A stretch of DNA of 63,376 bases, filler included, from Octopus bimaculoides (taxonomy: Eukaryota), in NCBI RefSeq assembly GCF_001194135.2. It is 11 parts of 10 records of this genome, joined end to end, with 100 filler letters (N's around TTAATTAATTAA, not from the genome) between each part and the next. Parts side by side here need not be neighbours in the genome. Positions count along the whole stretch, not along the records: positions 52,298 to 56,073 come from NC_068983.1; positions 56,174 to 63,376 come from NC_069003.1; 9 more parts are not named here. The stretch is one strand, 5' to 3'. Each line of letters begins with the position of its first letter. The stretch's first letter is position 1. The notes under the pieces are model-generated. The model did no database searches and was not told where the DNA came from. It worked only from the letters and a program-made list of their open reading frames with translations. Shown here piece after piece: positions 52,483-62,639 of the stretch. A program made the translations under genes and the position numbers.

Positions 52483-52580
52483 CGCACTAAAACACACTTT
52501 GAAATTAAAACGAGTAAGCAGCTACACTTCAAGAACCATAGTCCTTTTCGTGAAAGAAAAAATTCATCAAAACTTAGAGA

Positions 52581-54062
52581 ATGGTATCCAGAAGATTTTA
52601 TATTATTTTCTTAATTATATTAACAGCGAAAAGTGAAAATATTACGTTGGGAAATGTTATGAAAAAGATTGTGTCGGAATACAGTAATTCGATGTCAACT
52701 GACAACAACTTCTCTCCGTGGTTTTTTGAACAAATGATAAAACTCCTAAACTGTGGTCCTTTACCGAAATTGAACAACAGTCGAATACAATATACTTTGA
52801 AATGGGAAGAGCAAAAAATACACCTGCAACAAAAGTGCAACCGCTATTTTGAAGCAAGCGTAGAGAATACGTCCGATATTATTTGTTGGAATGGTAAATG
52901 GATGTACGAAGATAAAAAATGTAAGTTAATAACCTGTCCCATTTTTCATAAACCTGCACACGGTCTCATGATAAATGTTGCATACACATATAACTCTGTT
53001 ATTCACTTTTCCTGTCCTTCTGATTATATTTTGCGAGGAAACGATTCAATGCGGTGTCAAGAAAATCAGCAGTGGTCGTCTCTACCACCAGTTTGTGAAA
53101 TTGTTAAATGTCTCCCACTGCATCCACCCAAACATGGCAATATAAACAATACAAATGAAGTTAAAGTTAACGAAATAGTTTCTTTCACTTGCTTAAAACC
53201 ATATAATGTGAAAGGTGAATCTGTATTAACTTGTCTTCGAGACGGTAACTGGAACTTTCCGACACCTGTTTGCACTTTGAAATGTGTCGTACCTGAAATT
53301 GCTGGCAGAGTTGTGACTATTTCTGAAGGTACAATTTTAAAACCAAGAACCTTTATCAATCAAGGAGGGAAAGTGTTATATTCTTGCAAACGATCTTTCA
53401 TTCCTGTTACGTTTGGTGTCGTTCAATGCTTGTCGGGTAAATGGTACCCAGACATACAGTGCAGAAAAACGTGTAAAATTGAGAAACTACATGGATTAAA
53501 TTTTATTTTGTCACATAATTTTTCAGTTATTGAATATAGCTGTTCAGCAGTAGAAACTTTGTTGGGAGATTCTAAAAGAACCTGTTTAGAAAATGGAACG
53601 TGGAGTGGAAAACTTCCACGATGTGTAAAGAACTGTCAATTGTTACCCGGGTTTGGCATACATAGCTACCGGAATTCAGACACTTTGAAATATCTTCCGT
53701 TTGGCAGCACAGTCACAGAAAACACGAATGTTACTTATTCATGTCAATATCCTTATGTGAATAACTCCACCGATACTGCGATATGTCAAAATGGTGTATT
53801 GACCCCCAAACCACACTGTTCACATCCAAGTATTCGGCTGATAAATTCCAGAGTCATTTTTACTTATGAATCGTCAGAATATCATGTTTGTGAAACAAAA
53901 TACACTTGCAAATTTTTTGGTTACAGACAGAAATCATGCTACCACGAAAACTGTTTTCATGGTGACTATGAATGTGTCGAAGTGGGTTTTAACAATGCAA
54001 CATCAGAAATATATGTTGGTTCAATAGTTGATGATTGTTGTGTTATGCAGTGTAATGATTAA
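52581..54062 (+). CDS. Intronless secreted sushi/CCP-repeat protein (6 CCP modules + C-terminal Cys-rich module), 493 aa
   Basis: Uninterrupted 1482-nt ORF in unique sequence. Signal peptide MVSRRFYIIFLIILTAKS. Six C..C..C..W..C modules at aa ~58-114, 119-172, 177-231, 235-294, 298-348, 352-413 (e.g. CPIFHKPAHG..FSCPSDYILRGNDSMRCQENQQWSSLPPVC; the sixth lacks the Trp). About 10 N-glycosylation sequons. No TM or GPI tail. Confidence 0.93.
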   Translation: MVSRRFYIIFLIILTAKSENITLGNVMKKIVSEYSNSMSTDNNFSPWFFEQMIKLLNCGPLPKLNNSRIQYTLKWEEQKIHLQQKCNRYFEASVENTSDIICWNGKWMYEDKKCKLITCPIFHKPAHGLMINVAYTYNSVIHFSCPSDYILRGNDSMRCQENQQWSSLPPVCEIVKCLPLHPPKHGNINNTNEVKVNEIVSFTCLKPYNVKGESVLTCLRDGNWNFPTPVCTLKCVVPEIAGRVVTISEGTILKPRTFINQGGKVLYSCKRSFIPVTFGVVQCLSGKWYPDIQCRKTCKIEKLHGLNFILSHNFSVIEYSCSAVETLLGDSKRTCLENGTWSGKLPRCVKNCQLLPGFGIHSYRNSDTLKYLPFGSTVTENTNVTYSCQYPYVNNSTDTAICQNGVLTPKPHCSHPSIRLINSRVIFTYESSEYHVCETKYTCKFFGYRQKSCYHENCFHGDYECVEVGFNNATSEIYVGSIVDDCCVMQCND

Positions 54063-54109
54063 TGTACATTAAATTTGTTTGTTCTTGCTTGCAATCTTTA
54101 CATTCAGTT

Positions 54110-54137
54110 ATGACAACGTAATGGAAGTCGTTGTCAT
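54110..54137 (+). other. 3'-UTR stem-loop ATGACAACG-N10-CGTTGTCAT
   Basis: Perfect 9-bp inverted repeat with a 10-nt loop. A homologous hairpin ACAACG-N10-CGTTGT is at 55499-55520 in the paralog. Confidence 0.5.
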
Positions 54138-54698
54138 GTGCTTGTTTCTGACACTTATCGTAATATATATAATTGGAAGCAGACGTTAATTTAAACTCGA
54201 CTTATAAACCGGCCTTCCAGTCAAAACGAACACATCAGTAAACTGAGAAGACATTACTAACTACTTAAAATTGCGTTCGTTGTGGCACTCAAGTATCACG
54301 AGGATCTTTGATATTAATTTCTATTTATCATGTCTCAGGAGGATATGTTTTCAAGAGAAAGTATTTGAACTTTACCGGCAATTCCAAGATTAGTGTAGTA
54401 TAATTCATATGAGTTTTATATTCGTTATTGGCACTCTCTTTGCCACTTTCCCTCTCTCATTGCTGAGTACTTTCATGTGTTTACACAAATAAATTATTAT
54501 AATACTATCTGGCCCCGTGCCGACAAAAATGACGGCTAATTGGGTAATTTTTCAGAGTAACACCCGCACGATTTTCCCTAAAAAAAAAAAAAAAAACTTT
54601 TTTGTGTGGAATCCCTGACCTCCTAATAAGCTGCAAATTTCTTATTTTGGTTCAAGAAAAGGTAGCGGGGAGGTGCGAATGGGATCCCCTTCCCCCAC

Positions 54699-55081
54699 GG
54701 TCCCGGATTTATTGGAATTTTTTTTTCTCGTTGAATGAATTCCGGTGACATCCTAATATGCTAGAAAACCCATTTTGGGGTGCGAAAAACGGAGTGCGGT
54801 GAGGTGGAATCCTCGGTAATATCACCCACCCCTACTCCCATTGATCTTTTCACTAGCACGATTTTCACTAAGGAAAAAAATAAAAAACAAATTTCCTGTG
54901 AATTCGGGACAGATTTGCGTAACTCTAAAACCCCAACCTCTAACCCTGGAAAAATCAATGGGATGGGGTGGGTGAAATTTCCGAGGCTTCCACCTCCGGA
55001 CCCAAAAATGGTTTTGTAGCATATTAGGATGTCACAAGAATTCATTCAAAGAAAAATAAAATTTGCAATGAATCCGGAACC
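54699..55081. mobile_element. Foldback/MITE-like long inverted repeat (arms ~54699-54851 and ~54949-55081)
   Basis: TGAATGAATTC..GTGACATCCTAATATGCTA..AAAACC..GAGGTGGAA.CCTCGG.AAT.TCACCCACCCC..CCCATTGAT is mirrored on the opposite strand. The module GCACGATTTTC(C/A)CTAA+A-run occurs at 54566 and 54856. Confidence 0.7.
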
Positions 55082-55085
55082 TGAG

Positions 55086-55409
55086 GTTCTTACTCGTGTC
55101 AATCTCATTATAAGTATACACGGATTGTAATGTGTCGTGATGGTGTATTGACCCCACAACCACGCTGTTCATAGCTCATAGACTCTCAAGTCATTTTTAC
55201 CCATGAATCGAAAAAGTATTATGTTTGTGAAACAAAAAAAATATCCTTGCAATATTTTTGGTTACAGTCAGCAATCTTGTACTTTGATAGATTGTACTAA
55301 TGAAGGCTTGTATTTTTGTGTCAATGTAGGCTTTAACAATGCAACATCAGAATTATATATTGATGCAAAAGTTGTTGATTGTTGTATTTCGAAATGTTTT
55401 GATGATTAA
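55086..55409 (+). pseudogene. 5'-truncated pseudogenised paralog of the CCP gene (end of CCP6 + C-terminal module)
   Basis: Reads YSCQSHY..MCRDGVLTPQPRCS*LIDSQVIFTHESKKYYVCETK/KYPCNIFGYSQQSC..CVNVGFNNATSELY..VDCCISKCFDD*. Colinear with aa ~385-493 of the intact gene. In-frame TAG at 55172-55174 and a +1 frameshift in the A-run near 55234-55241. Homology continues into the 3' UTR. Confidence 0.85.
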
Positions 55410-56204
55410 TATCAGACTATTTTTTATTTGCATTTTAAATTTACATGTATGTTCTTGCTTGCAATAAAATGTATTCATTTGCATTAAATTCAGTTCAAAC
55501 AACGTGATGGAATTCGTTGTCGTTTCCCATATTTGCAGCTTTCTGACATCATTGTATAAATAGTTACAAACAATCGTGTAATTTAAACGTTTTTTAATAT
55601 TTAAAAAAAATTATTCTTTCATTGTTTCTACTTTTGCTTGTATTGTATTATTTTATGCTTTCCATCAAACATGGTTTATTATAATTGAATAATCACTGTG
55701 AAGCATTGATTTCTAGTGATTTGCCTTGCATTTACTCCGCATTGTTCTGGCCTTACCCACGATCCATTATGCAATAGTTTATTACATTTCCAAGTCTCTC
55801 GATGTTTGCTTCAATGAGCTCTTCATTACGTGTTTATGTAATATTTGTGTAAAGTGAGGGTGCTCAGCTCTAGTGAAGCGGTAGCATGATGTTTGTGTTT
55901 GTTTTGTAGTGCAAAAACATAGTTATTCAATATACTTTAGCGTTAGAAATGTTGTGTAGAGCCCGATTTATGCTTATCATATCTACAGTAAATAGGATTA
56001 TACATCATCAGAACCATAATTCCATTCACCCGCTTTTCAGTCAGATATACACATCACTAAATTAGAAGAAATTNNNNNNNNNNNNNNNNNNNNNNNNNNN
56101 NNNNNNNNNNNNNNNNNTTAATTAATTAANNNNNNNNNNNNNNNNNNNNNNNNNNNNNNNNNNNNNNNNNNNNTAGGGTGGGTGGGAGTTGAGTGGGTGG
56201 GTGT

Positions 56205-56360
56205 TTATGTACCTGTAGCTTCACGGTTTGGCAAAAGAGACCGATAGAATAAGTACTAGGCTTACAAACAATAAGTCCCAGGGTCGATTTGTTCGACTAA
56301 AAGCGTTGCTCCAGCATGGCCGCAGTCAAAATGACTGAAAGAATTCAAAGAATAAAAGAA
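56205..56360 (+). mobile_element. tRNA-SINE family A, 3' part
   Basis: GAGACCGATAGAATAAGTACTAGG..GCTCCAGCATGGCCGCAGTC. Confidence 0.75.
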
Positions 56361-56538
56361 CATAGATGCCTATATACATACATACATACATACATACACA
56401 CATACATGCATAGTTGAAATTTATAGAAAATCAAAAGACGAAGACAGGTATAGGAACAAGCAAGTATATTAGTTTGACGCTCGAGAAAAATGAAAATGTC
56501 CTTTACGTTCTGAGCCTACGCTCTTCGCACACACACAT

Positions 56539-56601
<63 letters not shown>

Positions 56602-56646
56602 AACATATGTATGTGTATAAATGTGTGTGTGTGTTTATATATCTAC

Positions 56647-56702
<56 letters not shown>

Positions 56703-56928
56703 GTGTGTATATATATATATGCGCCTGTACATATATAAATACAAACACATGCACACATAGAGACAGGCATATGTATGTATATATACATACTTATACTCTA
56801 TACGCCCGAAAGTTTTTCACTCGTCTATCTGAATATTTTCGAAATGAATAAACATACAAATAAACAAATATATAAATGCATGCAAAACAAACTAAGATCT
56901 TCTTTCAGTATACACAAAACCAAACAGC

Positions 56929-56961
<33 letters not shown>

Positions 56962-57039
56962 AATGAAACCTATGCGGAATTAGTCATAAACAGAAATCAA
57001 TGAAAAGTTTAAGTTAAATAAACCAGCATAGTTCATACA

Positions 57040-57285
57040 ATACTCCAATGAAGTCTTCGACAACGCAATCAAAGAATTGTCGAATCCTAAGCCGCAGGTT
57101 GTGATGGCATCTTCTGTGAAGTTTTGCAAATCGTGCAAACTACGCGACTAGATTCATTGATAATCTCAGTGAAACTGGTCGACGCAATCTAGCGAAAGAG
57201 AAAAGTCATGTAAGAATTTAAAGAATAGAGCTATCATTTTTATCTGTCCAATCGCAAACACTGTTGCAGTACGTCTTGCGGCAAT
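57040..57285 (+). mobile_element. Possible LINE RT fragment (RTE-like)
   Basis: NAIKELSNPKPQ..CKNLKNRAII resembles the pre-RT AIKxLKxxKAxG..CxNYRxI motifs; heavily degenerate. Confidence 0.35.
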
Positions 57286-57921
57286 GAGCGAGCGAGTTAG
57301 AGAGAGGGGGGAGAGGGGGTAAAGAGGGGTAGGGGTAGGAGAGAGAGGGGGAGAATGAGTGAGGGGAGAGAGAGTCAAACAGACAGATAAACAGACAGAA
57401 CGAGAGAGGAAGGACGAAAAGAGAGGCGGGAAGGCGAGAGAGATAATGACTGGGAGTATCTTTTCTTCTATCAATGTCTAGAAAAATATTAAGACTCATG
57501 TAATATTGAGGCGACTAAAAGAGATTTCGGATAAAGGATATCTAGCAGGAACAAAAGAACAAAAACGAAAAGAAACAATAAAAAAATAATTGAAAAGAAA
57601 ATAATTATGACTCTGATGTTCTGTCTTAATGAGCGGAGTAATTTTCAATCGTGGACGATACACGGTTTGGCTTTCTAGATATAAGAACTAAATCTCTCCC
57701 ATGCACTATTATTTTACTCCTGTATTGTTCTGCCCCTCCCTTTTTTACCATGTGGCTTTTTTGCAGATTCAGTGGAGAATTACCTAAAGGTGCTTGCATA
57801 GGAAGAGTTAGTTTCAAATCTAGGCATACTAAGGTAAAAACCTACCTTAGTCAACTATATATTTTATACTTTCTGTTATGTCACCTGATTAGTTTATTGT
57901 TATATTATTAATGTCTTAAAT

Positions 57922-58090
57922 GCAGCGAGCTGGCAGAATCGCTAGCACGCCAGGCGAAATGCTTAGCGGCATTTCGTCTATCTTTGTGTTCTGAGTTCAA
58001 ATTCCGCCGAGGTCGACTTTGCCATTCATCCTTTCGGGGTCGATAAATTAAGTACTAGTTGTGTACTGGGGTCGATCTAATCTACTGGCC
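57922..58090 (+). mobile_element. tRNA-SINE family B, abutting an inverted family-A head (58093-58144)
   Basis: GCAGCGAGCTGGCAGAATCG..GGGGTCGATAAATTAAGTAC. Confidence 0.8.
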
Positions 58091-58644
58091 CCGGAAGCAT
58101 GTGGTTGGTAAGCAATCTACTTACCACACAACCACTCCTGCGCCTATGTATGTAAATTATATATGTATATAAACACATACGTTGATGTGCTTCGAAATCT
58201 ACTGCTCCAAAAAAGAATTGTTTTCACGTTCACTCGTAGTTTCTAAATGTTCATGATGCCAAAGTCAAATATAAATGATATGGAGAGCGTGTTTGTCAAG
58301 TGGGTATTTTTGTTTTGGTTTGTAATTACAATTTATTTTCTTTGAGAGAGTATGGTTGCATCAGATCTTTTTAGAATATTCTATTTTAATTTTTACGCTT
58401 TATTTTATTAATTTTTTTATATTTTGTTCATAATTTGGTTGTTATTAAGGAACCGTGATAGACTCCGTCCTGAAGTAACATAATTTTAATCGTTTAGTTA
58501 ATCATTGATAAAAATAATAATTATGCTGTATCACAAATAATTTTAAAGAAATGAAGACAGTATTGCTTTCTGACACGACAATTTTGCCAATCTCTTTGTC
58601 AATTTAGAAAAATACGTGAATATTTGTGGCTACAAGCAGAGAAG

Positions 58645-58800
58645 TTGCTGTGTGGTTGAGAAGTCAGCACCACGACCATATTGTCTGGGGATCGAGTTTG
58701 GTCCAATAGCGTGGCACCTTAGGCAAGTATTTTGTACTATGGTCTCGGGCCAACCAAAGACTTGTGAATGGATTTGGTAGACGGAAACTGCAAAAAGCAC
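58645..58800 (+). mobile_element. tRNA-SINE family A, 5' half
   Basis: GCTGTGTGGTT..GGCACCTTAGGCAAGT..GGATTTGGTAGACGGAAACTG. Confidence 0.7.
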
Positions 58801-59277
58801 TTCACCCACAGGCGTATGTATGCATGTATGTATGTATGTATGTATGTATTATCAGGCACTCAGTAATTATTCAGGGTAGGCAGTTGGTGACTTTTATGCA
58901 GTAAAACACACAAAATATAAGCGAAACACAAGCGCACGACTGAGTTGAAGGCAGATTTACTTCTGCCTTTATAACACGTAAAGAAAACGTTGTTGTAGGA
59001 ATGTACGCAGCATGTGTACTACAGCAGTACTCTACGAAGCTTTAATACTGAGATTGAAAGACAGAGACGAATTATGCCTACCTAATCTACAAAAAGATAA
59101 AATACTTTGCATTTTATGCATAGTAATCAGAGCACCCTTCAAGATTTTATTACATTACTTGCATAATTTGCCATGAGAGGAAAATGTTGCTATCGATCTA
59201 TTTTATCCAAGGTAGGCACTGTCTACCTTGCCTACGTGGGCGGCACGTCCCGGTATATATGTATGTATGTATGTATG

Positions 59278-59420
59278 CGATGGGCTCATTTCAATATCCA
59301 TTTACCAAGTTAACTCAACAGGCTTTATTCGGCCCTAGGTTGTCGTAGAAAGAACTTGCCCAAGATGCTACGCAGTGGTGCAGGAATGGCACACAAACCT
59401 CATGCCACACAGCTATGCCT
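59278..59420 (-). mobile_element. tRNA-SINE family A, degenerate 5' half
   Basis: CTTGCCCAAGATGCTACGCAGTGG..CCACACAGC on the plus strand. Confidence 0.6.
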
Positions 59421-59591
59421 GTCTCGTAATGGCTATTATAAGATTTCTCGGTTTTTGATTTAAATACAGCTTATTATGATTAACGAACCCTAGAGGGGAA
59501 GAATGGAAGAACTGACGTCAAGGGTATTCGAACTCAGAACGTACAGAGACAGGACAACATATTTCATAGTAATAGAACAGAAAACTGGTAA

Positions 59592-59892
59592 TCCGTCGGT
59601 TACGACGATGAGGGTTCCAGCTTATCCGTACAACCGAACGGCCTGCACGTGAAATTAAAGTTCAAGTGGCTGAGTACTCCACACAAAGTCGTACTCTTCA
59701 CGTAGTTCTCAGGAAAATTCAGCATGACACATAGTGTGACAAGGCTGGCCCTTTCAAATGCAGGTACAACTCATTTTTTCCCAGCAAAGTGAGATAAAGT
59801 GTCTTGCGCAAGGAAACAACGGATCACCGGGGATCGAACGCACGATCCATGCGAACGTGGAGCCGAATGTCTTGACGACTAAGCCACGCGCC
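59592..59892 (-). mobile_element. tRNA-SINE: family-D-like head with the family-C 3' body
   Basis: The reverse complement starts GGCGCGTGGCTTAGTCGTC. The body GCCAGCCTTGTCACAC..CACTTGAACTTTAATTTCACG..GAACCCTCATCGTCGTAACCGACGG matches 12940-13195. Confidence 0.7.
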
Positions 59893-60979
59893 TTCACAAT
59901 TATCATTTACTTGTATCAGTAAAATATGCAGAATATGCACTTTTATCCGAAACAATGTTGATTTAACGTAAAATAGAAGAAAACAAGAGAAAACAAAAGG
60001 AAAAGAAAAGCAAAACAAAACAACAAGTTCATCCATCAAATTTGTTCCTGATTTCAACGCTTGTTGACCGTTTATTCAGCTGGAGATAGAATTCTTTCTT
60101 GTTTCTATTATTTATGATCTGTTCTCATTAATTATTATTGTATTCTCTAAAATCGCGTTTAGGGTAAATCTGTATGTGTGCGTGCGTGCACTAGCATGTG
60201 TGTGTGTGTGTGTATGTGTGTGTATGTAATGTGTGTGTGTATGTGTGTGGGGGAGGGGGGGTTGTGCGTCTTCGCCGACTTCTTCCCGTTCCTTTGTTAA
60301 TGGGTGATCTTTGTGCCAATGGAAATATGTAAGAAATCATCAAATCTTAACTCATTAAGGACTNNNNNNNNNNNNNNNNNNNNNNNNNNNNNNNNNNNNN
60401 NNNNNNNNNNNNNNNNNNNNNNNNNNNNNNNNNNNNNNNNNNNNNNNNNNNNNNNNNNNNNNNNNNNNNNNNNNNNNNNNNNNNNNNNNNNNNNNNNNNN
60501 NNNNNNNNNNNNNNNNNNNNNNNNNNNNNNNNNNNNNNNNNNNNNNNNNNNNNNNNNNNNNNNNNNNNNNNNNNNNNNNNNNNNNNNNNNNNNNNNNNNN
60601 NNNNNNNNNNNNNNNNNNNNNNNNNNNNNNNNNNNNNNNNNNNNNNNNNNNNNNNNNNNNNNNNNNNNNNNNNNNNNNNNNNNNNNNNNNNNNNNNNNNN
60701 NNNNNNNNNNNNNNNNNNNNNNNNNNNNNNNNNNNNNNNNNNNNNNNNNNNNNNNNNNNNNNNNNNNNNNNNNNNNNNNNNNNNNNNNNNNNNNNNNNNN
60801 NNNNNNNNNNNNNNNNNNNNNNNNNNNNNNNNNNNNNNNNNNNNNNNNNNNNNNNNNNNNNNNNNNNNNNATATATATACATATACATATATACATATAC
60901 AAATTAATATTCTTGAACATACAAGAACACACACAAATATATGTATATATATATATTTAAATATATATATACACACACG

Positions 60980-61025
<46 letters not shown>

Positions 61026-62639
61026 CATATACATACATGTGGTAATGAGGCAACTGTTTTGAAATCGGTCAATAATAAAAGCAACCCTTTCTTGAAATAT
61101 ATCCTCCTCCTGTCCCCCACCACCATCCTTTCTCACTTTCTCCCCTACACCCACACCCACATAAACCCGCTCCCTTAATACACTAATACACACACATTCG
61201 CCCTATCCCTGTCACCATAATCCGGCCACCTTTCCACATTGTACTCGTCCCACCGCCGGTTTCTCGTTTTTTTTTTTTTCACTTTTCGTGCGTTCAGGCA
61301 TTTATCCCCACGAAATAATGTCTCCCCACCCTCTCCTTAGATTTTTTTCCCCACCTCTCACCTGCACATTTTACCCCCGATCTAACATACACCTAACCTT
61401 TATCCCCGGCATACAGACACACACATACATGCATACATACACACACATACATAGGCACAAACACATACGTACACACAGACACACGCACCAACATATACAC
61501 ACACACACACACACACACACTACAGACATTTAAACCCCACACAGGATTACTCGCACGCACATACACAAACACACACACACACTGGCACATGCATACATTT
61601 ATACACACACATACACACAATCATAGACACATACATATGCACATCGTCAGATATGCGCGGGCGCAGACGTAGACACACACATATACATATACACTCACAC
61701 ATGGCTCAGAAACACACACACCCACATATATAAATACACACACACACACACACACACAAAGTCACACAGCCACGCACACACACGCCCACACACACACACA
61801 GTCACGCACACTCCCAAACACATATATACATACACAAATGCAGGCGCATACACCGATACACACATACTCAATTATACCCAGACACACACAGCACACAGAG
61901 TTACATGCATATATAGACACGCACCCGTAGTCAGTACCCCCAATTCTTTGTTGGTCTGGAATTCCACCCCACACTTTTATAACAAATCTACGCCTAAACT
62001 CTCCCCCACCACAACCACAGCATACCCTACACTTTCACCCCCGCCCCCACAACCAACATCCTATCAATCTTACTNNNNNNNNNNNNNNNNNNNNNNNNNN
62101 NNNNNNNNNNNNNNNNNNNNNNNNNNNNNNNNNNNNNNNNNNNNNNNNNNNNNNNNNNNNNNNNNNNNNNNNNNNNNNNNNNNNNNNNNNNNNNNNNNNN
62201 NNNNNNNNNNNNNNNNNNNNNNNNNNNNNNNNNNNNNNNNNNNNNNNNNNNNNNNNNNNNNNNNNNNNNNNNNNNNNNNNNNNNNNNNNNNNNNNNNNNN
62301 NNNNNNNNNNNNNNNNNNNNNNNNNNNNNNNNNNNNNNNNNNNNNNNNNNNNNNNNNNNNNNNNNNNNNNNNNNNNNNNNNNNNNNNNNNNNNNNNNNNN
62401 NNNNNNNNNNNNNNNNNNNNNNNNNNNNNNNNNNNNNNNNNNNNNNNNNNNNNNNNNNNNNNNNNNNNNNNNNNNNNNNNNNNNNNNNNNNNNNNNNNNN
62501 NNNNNNNNNNNNNNNNNNNNNNNNNNNNNNNNNNNNNNNNNNNNNNNNNNNNNNNNNNNNNNNNNNNNNNNNNNNNNNNNNNNNNNNNNNNNNNNNNNNN
62601 NNNNNNNNNNNNNNNNNNNNNNNNNNNNNNNNNNNNNTT

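Noticed and set aside
52514-52577. Possible 64-nt 5'-UTR intron (GTAAGC..TTAG) in the CCP gene
   Set aside because: There is no polypyrimidine tract (the region is A-rich), so it is unsupported without transcripts.
54100-54145. SECIS interpretation of the 3'-UTR hairpin (it begins with ATGA)
   Set aside because: ATGA pairs Watson-Crick with TCAT instead of forming the GA/GA quartet, and the ORF has no in-frame TGA.
5240-56129. TTAATTAATTAA recurring ten times, like a regularly spaced palindromic motif or CRISPR-style repeat
   Set aside because: It is always centred in exactly 44 N on each side, so it is an artificial six-frame-stop scaffold linker and not biology.
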